Shown here: one piece after another, positions 1-10,306 of the stretch
How positions within the stretch are numbered: position 1 is the stretch's first letter
Layout of the letters: each line of letters begins with the position of its first letter
Assembly: GCA_964016885.1 (NCBI GenBank)
Contig: OZ024740.1
Location: forward strand, 149,420,001-149,484,000
DNA length: 64,000 nucleotides
Source of the DNA: Eledone cirrhosa
Taxonomy: Eukaryota
Reading direction: 5' to 3'
Notes under the pieces: generated by a model
Database searches by the model: none
The model's input: only the letters and a program-made list of their open reading frames with translations
What the model was told of the DNA's origin: nothing
Program-made: the position numbers and the translations under genes

Positions 1-242
1 CTGACCGAATTTATTCCCTCTACCACGAACCACTCTGCTACACACACACACACACACACAATATATATATATTAATAGACACCTGAACTGTTGACCTTTC
101 AATATGACTGCAATTCACACACACATCCCTACTGACCATTATCACAACAATGAACCTCTTTACTACACACACACATATTTGTCTTAATAAACTTATTTTT
201 CAGTGGCTTCTCAATCAGGCGAAAATGGACACTCTTCGACAA

Positions 243-520
243 ACTTACATTTGCCGCAAAATCAATTTTTAACATTCACGTGACCTCTACCGACCAATCA
301 AAATTGTTTTGACTACAAGAATTTTTGCAACACGAAATGGCGCGAAAATTATAGTACTCATTCACGTGACATTCAACAACCAACCAAATCTTAATACCTC
401 TGGAGCCACTTTTTTCACATAAAACAGGAAGAATTTCCAAAACTGAACAAATTAGAGCAAACATCACGGGCGCTCTATCTCAAAATTATTTTTGAAAAGC
501 TTTAGAAATGCGCAACCGGT
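243..520 (-). promoter_or_regulatory. Putative promoter and first exon of a minus-strand gene leaving the window to the left
   Basis: Donor-like AT|GTAAGT at about 243-250 on minus; CATTCACGTGAC twice (273-284, 359-370); CCAAT near 294; GGCGCGAAA (E2F-like) near 340-348; locally CpG-enriched. Confidence 0.4.
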
Positions 521-631
521 AAAAACTTAAAACTAAAACTGTATACTAACCAATACTTATTACTAATTCATACTTATTCCTAATTAAACTATTTTTCACT
601 GGGAAAAATTTGTCAGCATTTTCTTTTACTA

Positions 632-665
<34 letters not shown>

Positions 666-730
666 AGATATGTATATATATATGTGTGTGTGTATGCATG
701 TATGTATATATATATATAGAGAGAGAGAGG

Positions 731-788
<58 letters not shown>

Positions 789-836
789 GAGAGAGCGAGA
801 GAGAGAGAAAGAGAGAGAGAGGGGGGGAGAGAGAGA

Positions 837-902
<66 letters not shown>
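632..902. repeat. Compound microsatellite (TA)n/(TG)n/(GA)n
   Basis: Directly visible; about 185 bp of GA repeat. Confidence 0.97.
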
Positions 903-905
<3 letters not shown>

Positions 906-1043
906 TTAATAGGAAAATAAGAAAAAAGTAGAAAATGCTAACATGATTTTCTCATGGTAAAACAGAAAAACATTTTTAAAAAAATTCAATTTGGAGTACC
1001 GGTTTCAGTCGATAAAAATTTCGACTTCTTCATGCTACAGGAA

Positions 1044-1220
<177 letters not shown>

Positions 1221-2644
1221 AAAAATCATGATCATGATCATTAGCATATGTAGAATCTCCATTTTGGGTGGGTGTGGACGTTCATGATATTTGGTGATAT
1301 GAAGAAAAATGATTACAATTGAGGACATCACATGATCTTATATTTAATCTACACTATTCACATAACCACGCACACGCCTAAGTATACGTGTGTATGTATG
1401 TATGTATGTATGTCAACGGCCATCCAAATAGTACTTCTTTTTTTTTCACCTGGAAGTGAAAGGCCCCCAATTGTTGTCACAACACCTTTCTAAGAGAGGG
1501 AAACTCTGGAGTAAAAAACCTGCGACTTCGGAAGCATCCGATGATGTTGACCAGTTCTCCTTTTCGAATAGTGTTTTCGATGCTCAGAGAGTGGGTTTGG
1601 TCCAGTACAAGGCCTTTCCCCACTTAGAAAACTTTCAAAGCATAGGCGTTGCTTGTTCAGGATCTGTTACAGATTCGTGTGGCTGGCCGTAGCCTAAAGG
1701 TGCACCATTTTCTATAATCTGACAAGCGATTGCAATACTGTTAGCAGAGTTTGCAGTCATCATGTATGTATATATGTATGTGCTTTGATATTTTAATTTA
1801 AAGAAGCCGAAATGTTGAGGAACAGTACAGAGATCTGGAGGAGGGAAGCAAGTATGTTATTAATTTACGGACAAAGACAATTTCATCATTAAATTGTTTT
1901 GCAAGAATGGGTTCTCGATTCAAATGTGTTTGCTGGCGTTAGTAATATTTACAAATGATAAAGACAGTTCATATGAAGACAAAACACTTAAAAATAAACT
2001 TTAGTCAATGGATCTTCCATTCATTTCCACGGAGAGTATTTCAGTTGTTTGATCAACAGAACTATCTATTTATTGAATAATAGTTTAAGTGGCAGAGAAT
2101 TTCACCAATATTTGTATTTTTAGCGTAATCCTCAGTTCGAATCGACGTTACACACTGTGTGACTATCTGTGCTACAAGTACAGTCCATCCTAATGACCTT
2201 CCAATCAGTTTCCAACTACTCAATGACACCCACAAAAATTAGATCGGTAGGATACTTAGTTGAAAATACTTGAGTAAGATGCCACGCAGTGACATGGAAT
2301 CAAGGGTACCATAACTGTGAAGGAAACTTCATAAATATTTGTTCAAGCTTGCATTGTGCAGCATTGGTGCAACGGATTTTAATCAGAAATTAATTATATT
2401 TGCCTTTCTTTCCTTCACAATATTCTTGGAAATAATAGAAAGGGAGAAATAATAAAAATGGAAAATGTTTGAAGAGGGAATGGAATTAAATAAAAAGGGG
2501 CTGTTACTTTAAGATTATAGCACCAACCAATGTGTTTTTACTGTTTCTAATTTTTAGTGAATAATGGCTCTTTAATTTATACAATGGTGAATAATTCCTC
2601 TTTAATTTATACAAAACCTACATCTATTATTAAAATGCACCAGG

Positions 2645-2851
2645 ATGGTGGATTGGCAATCTCGGTAGAGCATCCGACAAAATACTTCGCGGTATTTAGT
2701 TAAGTCTTTCTACGTTTAAATCCCGCCGACGTCAACTTTCTCTTTCATCCTTTCGAGATCGATAAAAAAAGGTATCAGTGAATTGTTAGGATCGATGTAA
2801 CCGACTTACACCTCAACACAAATGTTTGGCTTTGTGCTTAAATTAGAAAGC
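2645..2851 (+). mobile_element. tRNA-derived SINE, older long variant
   Basis: GGTGGATTGGCA head, GTTTAAATCC B-box-like motif, CTTTCATCCTTTCGAGATCGATAAAA core and GGCTTTGTGC...AGAAA tail shared with other copies. Confidence 0.75.
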
Positions 2852-3727
2852 ATTAATAAAATGAATAACTAACTTGAATAATTAATAAGTTAACTACGAT
2901 AATGTATATTATATTAGACATTATTAAGCACTAATTTGGAGTCGAAAATAAAGTAACAGACTCAATGGTTAGGGTCAAATCATGTATAAATCGTTTTACC
3001 GAAAGAATGTGTTGCGTGTTTCATTATAGAGTCCTGGTCCGTCCGTGATCTGAAATAGGGCTCTATAAATAACTTTAGGCACAAGGCCAGCAATTACCCA
3101 GTGCATTACTGCTACTTTATTTTATCGACCCCGTAAGGATTCTTCTCTGATATTTCAAACACGCCTATATAGAACCCAATTTTAACTGGCAGGCGTTCTG
3201 TTGTATAATTGTCAGTAAGCAATAATTTGATATAAACAAAAAGAGGTTAGTCATTATAATGCCTAATATCATAACTTGCATAGTTTTCTAGTATATATAT
3301 ATCATTTAATGTTTTAAGGGCCCATATTGCAATTTTTGTTTAAATCGTACCATACTTTGAAGAGAGTATGCTTGTAAAGTTTACTTGTTATGTGGAATAC
3401 TTATACTAACATTTATATTCTGACGAGTTGGTTGGCGCAGTAGAGCTACCTTTACTAAAAGTTTGTTAATTTATCATATTTGAAGTAATAGATAGACAGA
3501 GATATATTTATGAGGAACAGAGGCCTTATTTTCAGAATACGAGGAGGAATAAAGACAAAGTCGACCCCAATAAGAATTGACTTTACAACTTTCCCTTCGT
3601 GCGGACAGTGACTGAAACAGTCAAGGCGTATATTTAAGCATGAAGCGAAATTCATTCTGAGAAAATGGTATAGACCTGAATAACTAATTTGAATATCATG
3701 GAATATATTTTCTTTGAATTGTGTATA

Positions 3728-3856
3728 TCATGACACACACACTGTTCATTTTCTTGACGTTTGTACATTACCCTATACATACCTGTTTGATGAGTTGTAG
3801 TGCACCTGAGCACTGTACACAATATTTTCATTATTATTATCATTATTATTATTATT
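3728..3856 (+). mobile_element. 5'-truncated CR1 LINE 3' end with (ATT)n tail
   Basis: Nearly matches 36965-37085 (TGATGAGTTGTAGTGCACCTGAGCACTGTACACAAT...ATTATT). Confidence 0.8.
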
Positions 3857-5392
3857 ACTAACTAATTTGAATTTCAAGGAATTTGATTTCTTTGAATTAC
3901 TAACATGGCATAAATTCTCTTAATTTGGTATTAGTTTTAGGATAGTTACCTCCCTTTAACCTATCTAATAATTGTAATTATTTATAGCTAATTTCGTGAT
4001 TACCTGCCCTAGAAGAGCTCTCATATATTCTTTCCAAGAGAAATTACATTCTAACTTATGATGTCTAATAACATTTTATTTGACAGAAAAGGGGAAAACT
4101 AAGATCCGAACTATATATCTGTCACTTGCAGGTTATCAATGTAGTTCGGATCTTGTCAGTCTCAAATTGGTGTCTGTAATGGAACTATTGCCAGGTAATT
4201 TATTTATAGTGTAATTCATGAGCTTAATTCTTGTTGCATCCATTGCATCAAGGTGAAATACCTAGCTATGATCGATGCTTTGCAGCAAAGGGTTATGGCC
4301 CTTTGTGTGCTGAGTTCAAATCACACTGAGGTTAAGTTTGCCTTTCATCCTTGCAGGGTCGATATAATAAAGTACTAGTACTGCACTGGGTATTTGTTGG
4401 CCTTATGCCAAAAGTAGAAACAATTACATTTATATACAGAATTTCAACTGCTATTTCAATTAATCAACTTTATTTTCTTGTGGGGATAAAAGATATTAAC
4501 ACAGTTGAAAATTAATGAATAAATATTGGACATACCGTTATCCAGGATTTCAAGAATTTTCTTTCATTTCAAACCGGACGGTTTTGGAAGTAGAGTGAAA
4601 CGAATTAACGAAACATTAATCCAATAATGGACACAGCGTTATATAATGTTCCTGTGAAAATACACTGAAATGATTTGAGAAAACGTTTTTGTTATACCAA
4701 ACGTACCGTTATCATGAATCTGAAGAAACATTATTTCAAAGCTGGGGTGTTCACTTAGACAGAATACTGGTTTTCACCTGACTCTCACTTCTGGCTCCGG
4801 ATCATTATTCAGCCACATCCCGATAACTGCTTCTACCAGCAGATTAAACTTTGTGAGGAACTAGACACTTGGAGAAAAGACGGACACCGCCTCGCGTTTC
4901 TGAGGCCCACTGACATGCCGCCATGATAGACACAGAAAAATGTCGGTGATGCAAGTTGGCTAATGATTGGAAAAGATACAGATAGAAGCATTTCTAGATA
5001 CGTACATACGGTTTGCTTAATGTATGTCACAAGTAATTCGCAACAGTATCAATAATAAAATGATGCATTGATATACCTAATGCAATTATTGGAAGGTATT
5101 CTGCAATGACCAACAAAATTATGTATATGTTTATAAATTTCTCACATCTACAAGGGAATTGTTAGTTCTCATTTTGTGAAACATTTACTTCATTTATAAG
5201 GTTTATATCACGCATTTCGTCTCTGGTATTATTTTTATATATGCTATTTATTGTTTAGTTTATTGTAATTAAATTTATTTCGTCGTTCTCCAAAAACGAC
5301 AACACACTTACACACACCTACAGACACTGAACACACACACACGTAAGCACAAAAAAAACAACACACATACACTCATATATATATATGTGTAT

Positions 5393-5643
5393 ATACGATA
5401 TTAACAAATGGAAACTATATTTATAAAACCATATTTATTTCATTATACATATTTCAAGGACACCAAGCTTCCAACAGCAATGGTTGCATTCTTTAAGGGT
5501 ATGTCAATATTCATTTATAAGACTGCTCTATATTATATTTTATCTGGTGAAAGCACACCATAATTTAACTTGGTGTCCTTGAAATATGTATAATGAAATA
5601 AATATGGTTTTATAAATATAGTTTCCATTTGTTAATATCGTAT
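5393..5643. repeat. Perfect 75-bp inverted repeat with 101-bp spacer (probable Penelope-like element end)
   Basis: 5393-5467 is the exact reverse complement of 5569-5643. Confidence 0.9.
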
Positions 5644-5754
5644 TTTACTCCAATTATTTGTTGAGTGCTTTATATCAGTTATAAAAATATTTGCTTGTTG
5701 TATCCCAACAATTTAAATAGAACTTTTACATATATGTATGTATATATATATATA

Positions 5755-5788
<34 letters not shown>

Positions 5789-5874
5789 GGTACGTTATTC
5801 CGGGTTGAATCGGAGGTAACCACAGTAAGTAAGGTACTCAATACATAGCAGAGTATAAAAGTTTTAATATAGAT

Positions 5875-5927
5875 GAGATTCTACAGGACTAGAACTGTTT
5901 CATTCTTTAGAAATCATCAGGAATCTC
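5875..5927 (-). ncRNA. Type I hammerhead ribozyme motif (Penelope-like terminal repeat associated)
   Basis: Minus strand GAGAUUC-CUGAUGA-UUUCUAAAGAAU-GAAA-CAG-UUCUAGUC-CUG-UA-GAAUCUC: 7-bp helix I, intact core, helix III and GUA cleavage triplet. The first helix II pair is U-U. Confidence 0.75.
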
Positions 5928-6234
5928 TCTATATATATATACATATATATATATATATAGTAGAATAATCGAGTATCGAAAAATCGGCGCACGAGTTCAC
6001 GATAAACAAAATGCGACATGAGTGGCAGAGGGCTCAATAATTCAGATAAATCAGAGCTATAACTATCGTTAAAATACCAACACACAAAGATTATGTCTAA
6101 AATCACCCATACGACCGAAAAATTACGATCAGGAAGATTCGGGTCACTCAGATAAAATATCAATAAATCAATAAATCATATGAATGTAAAAAGCTTACCC
6201 GGACCCACTAGAAAGATGGTAAATCTAGCTTCTT

Positions 6235-6239
<5 letters not shown>

Positions 6240-6284
<45 letters not shown>

Positions 6285-6329
6285 AGAGGGAGATAGGGGT
6301 ATATGGATAGATAGATAGATAGTTAGAGG

Positions 6330-6412
<83 letters not shown>
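6240..6412. repeat. (TA)n, (GATA)n and (GA)n microsatellites
   Basis: Directly visible. Confidence 0.95.
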
Positions 6413-6417
<5 letters not shown>

Positions 6418-6589
6418 CTCCCCCCAAGCAAAGCAATAAAGCCACAGGGATTAATGAGAAGAGAAAAGGACAAGCCAGAAAAAATATAATACAAGAAGAG
6501 AGATGACGATTGATATAGTTATAGTTTTTGAATTTTGGCAAATTGTAGTGGTAAAGAAGGCAAGAAGACGGAAGAAAATTCCATAGACG

Positions 6590-7535
6590 AATTGTGCGTG
6601 GGAAGAAACGATCTTAATAGAATTACATTTAGGAACTTCAACTGTAAAGAGAAGATTGAGATATGTGTCCTCTCAAGGAAGCCTGCGCAATGGACCCTAC
6701 ATGTGAGTGGAGTTCCTCTAAAGTAGGTGGAGACGTTTAAGATTATCGAGGCTGTTTTCATTAGTGATGGAAGGCAGAACAGAGCCGTCTTAACGTATGT
6801 TGACGCTGGGCAAATGCCCGGGGTCCCCACGAGGATAGGGGGCCCATTTTTATGTTTATTCCTGTGAGGGGTTGTGTAGGTAGAGGCCCCACTGCTCTGC
6901 TTTGCTTGGGGGCCTATAATGCTTTTAAGACGGCCCTGAGGAGGAAGGCTGTATTAAGTGCAACAATTGCAGGAACTACAGCAGTAATGTACCAGCAGTA
7001 ATCAGAAGAAGGGGTGTAGAGGCTAAATTCGCTATCTTCAATTAAGTACCTGTGCCAACCTTGATCTATAGTTAGGAATCTTAAGTAATGGCCGAAAAGA
7101 TAGGATTGCGAATACAAGCGGCCGAAATGAGGTTTGTCCGAATGGTCTTTGAAGTAATGTTACTCGATAGAGTACGTAGCCCGGAAATCAGAGAGTCAAT
7201 CCAGGTAGAGCACTACTTCTCCGAATTGAGAGATCACAACTCCGACACTACGGACATGTGGTCAGTATGTTAAAGGAAAGAATCGTGGGACTGATTGTGT
7301 GGGCAAAACCAACAGGTAAGAGAACCAGGAGTGGTATTTGAGCAAGATGATTGAACAACGTCCATGAGCTCGGTAAGTCACCCTTTTGATCCAGCCGGAT
7401 CAGTTAGAGATGGTTGCTTCTGACAGGACTCGCTGGAAAGCATGCTTGGAGACTCCGCTTCCACGACTCTCCCTGGAATAAGTGAGCAAAGAAGAAGAAG
7501 AAGAAGAAGAAGAAGAAGAAGAAGAAGAAGAAGAA
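6590..7535 (+). mobile_element. Decayed RTE-clade LINE 3' part (family A) ending at (GAA)n
   Basis: VLSRKPAQWTLHVSGVPLK and RIQAAEMRF...LLDRVRSPEIRES; homologous to 54932-55580. Confidence 0.8.
6780..6938. mobile_element. hAT-like MITE inserted in the RTE fragment
   Basis: TIRs CAGAGCCGTCTTAA / TTAAGACGGCCCTG; degenerate 8-bp flanks AGGCAGAA / AGGAGGAA. Confidence 0.7.
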
Positions 7536-7760
7536 CCGAAAATAAGGTACTCACTTCAAACTCATGATGACGAGGCAACAAAGAGGAAATCTCATCAGTC
7601 AAATTTCCATGTGATCGTAGTAGTCCAGAAAAATTGCAATATTTATAATAGAGTGCTGTGTAAGTATATTTATTCACATTCTTGCAACATGTTTACATTG
7701 TTTCGGCTAAGTCAAGATTCGCCTGACTTTATAAGAAAATAAATAACAAGGTCCTCTGGA

Positions 7761-7824
<64 letters not shown>

Positions 7825-8290
7825 TAGTTAGGGTCGGGGGTATGGGTGAGGAAAGCTGAGAGGGTGTATGGGAAGATAAGAGTAGTAATGAGGAAGATGG
7901 TATTAAAGTGGCAGAGAATGCGGAAGATTGGTCGGAGGAGATTAACAAAAGTAGAAGATAGAAGGGGTGTTTTGTCATAGGCGTTAGGGGGTATGGTGGA
8001 AATTAGGGTTAATGTGTGGAGGGATAGGTAATTGTATGTAGGGGTGTGGATGCATGGGAAGGGGATGGTTGTCAGAATGTGAAGTATGTAAAATACGAGG
8101 CTGAAGGATTAAAGATAAAAATGAAATTCAATCAATATATATGAGAAGAATTATTTAAGATAGTTAATATATAATGATAGAAATATTAGGTTTTTTTAGG
8201 ATTTGAACTGTAAAACTAAAGGAAGTGAGAAATAGTAAAGGTAGAAATAAGAAGTCAGCTAAAGTAGGTTAAAATAGCAATAGTAAATAA

Positions 8291-8505
8291 TTGTTTCTAC
8301 TTTTGGCACAAGGCAAGCAATTACCCAGTGCATTACTGGTACTTTATTTTATCGACCTCGTAAGGATGAAAGGCAAAGTTAACCTCGGCGGGATTTGAAC
8401 TCAGACTGTAAAGGGACGTAACTATGCTAGAAAGCATGGCGTCCAACCCTCTACCGATACTGCCAATTCACCGTAAATAATGATTCTACTTTTGGCACAA
8501 GGCCA
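8291..8505 (-). mobile_element. Full SINE plus adjacent short SINE 3' fragment with nested TSDs
   Basis: Outer TSD AGCAATAGTAAATAA (8276-8290, 8506-8520); inner TSD GTAAATAAT (8283-8291, 8473-8481). Confidence 0.85.
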
Positions 8506-8986
8506 AGCAATAGTAAATAAGTGGAGAAATAAGTGGAAAATGTGAAAAGATTGAAAAAGTGGAAAATGAATGAATTAAAAAGCAGGAATTTTAATGATCC
8601 TACTATTGAAAACAGGACCCATATTGGATGCTCTTTTGACAGTCACCAAGTAATACTAGTCCACTCTATCAAACGCTTTGCGCTGATCCGAATTGATCAG
8701 CCAATTCATTTCCAGACCCGTTTTAAGATATACGACACGAAGTAGTTGTTATCTTAAATAGATCTGTCTAAAATACGCATTGCTGGCTACGCAACCAACA
8801 AGTGTAAATTTCTTGGTAAACTCGTAGGAAAATGGAAAAAGCTCGGCATAAGGAAGCTGTTAAAACAGTAAAGTGCCGTCGAAATGGCGTTGTGTAAAAC
8901 ATTGCTTCGAAGGACAGAAATCAGCGGCTCGGAGTGAGTTAACTCGAAGAATTGATAGCAAGGAAGAAATAGAGAAATAAAATGGA

Positions 8987-9553
8987 CTAGCAGTGGTACC
9001 CGGCGTTGCACGGGATAAGGTATTTTTGAACGCGGGCCGCCAACAGACCTAATCGTGGAAAAACTGCATGCCTGGACAATATGTAAAGAAAATAAACCGA
9101 ATACTCTGATGGTTGGATAATCTTTAAGATTTTCCTCGATGAAGCAGGAAAAATGCAGGTTTTTACCCAATGCGGGCCCTAGGGGATCAAGAAAAAGAAT
9201 TTTTTTTATGTGCATAATATGCCTTGAAATTTCGGGAAAATCCGCTAGACGTAACGCCTCAAAAAAGCCCTAAAAAGCTGAAAAAAGGAAGTTTTTCACC
9301 TAATGCGGGCTCTAGGCCATAAAAAAGTTGGATTTTCTTTGCTCACGGTATGAAGAAGAGACTGACTAATACATAGTTACAATTTCAAGGAAATCGGTCT
9401 GACGTAACGCCTAAAAAAAAACCTAAAATGCTGAACAAACGGCTGGGTACTTCTCGAGTTTCAGGGATTCAAACTCACAGACACACACACACACACACAT
9501 ACACACACATACACACTCACAGACAGACATCCTCAGTTTTATATATATATAGA
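8987..9553 (-). mobile_element. Non-autonomous Helitron-like element, copy 1
   Basis: 5' TC and 3' CTAG ends, inserted between A and T, subterminal CCCG...CGGG hairpin, internal TG microsatellite, repeated TAGGGCCCGCATTAGGTGAAAA motif. Confidence 0.8.
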
Positions 9554-9719
9554 TGAGAAGTGATCACAAATGTTTTACCCAACGCTGTTTTAATAGCTTC
9601 CTTATGCCGAGGAGTTTTTTTTCATTTTCCTACGAATCCTAATACATTCGCGTTTCAAAACTTGATATTCGAGCTAATATTGTTTCTTTTTGAACATTTT
9701 CCTAAAATTTCCACCTCTA

Positions 9720-10306
9720 TCTGTATATAAAAAACTGAGGATGTGTGTGTGTGTGTGAGTTTGAATCCCTAGAACTCGAGAAGTACCCAACCGATTTTTT
9801 TCAAAAAATTCAACTTTTTGAACCCCTAGAGCCCGCATTAGGTGAAAAACTACGTGTTTTCAGCTTTTTTAGGGTTTCTTTAGGCGTTACGTCAGACCGA
9901 TTTCCTTGATATTTTAACTATGTATTAGTCAGTCTCTTCATCATAACATGAGCAAAGAAAATCCAATTTTTTTTATGGCCTAGGGCCCGCATTAGGTGAA
10001 AAATTCATTTTTTTCAGCTTTTTAGGGCTTTTTTGAGGCGTTACGTCTAGCCGATTTTCCCGAAATTTCAAGGCATATTATGTACATAAAAAATCCATTT
10101 TCTTGATCCCCTAGGGCCCGCATTAGGTGAAAACCTGCATTTTTCCTGCTTCATCGAGGAAAATCTTAAAGATTATCCAGCCTTCAGAGTATTCGGTTTA
10201 TTTTCTTTACATATTGTCCAGGCATGCAGTTTTTCCACGATTAGGTCTGTTGGCGGCCTGCGTTCCAAAATACCTTATCCCGTGCAACGCCGGGTACCAC
10301 TGCTAG
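9720..10306 (+). mobile_element. Non-autonomous Helitron-like element, copy 2
   Basis: A|TC...CCCGTGCAACGCCGGGTACCACTGCTAG|T; inverted near-copy of 8987-9553. Confidence 0.8.

Noticed and set aside
7665-7745. Hammerhead-like GGC...GCC-GAAAC on the minus strand
   Set aside because: The CTGANGA core is absent (AAAGTCA at the expected place), so it is too degenerate to call.
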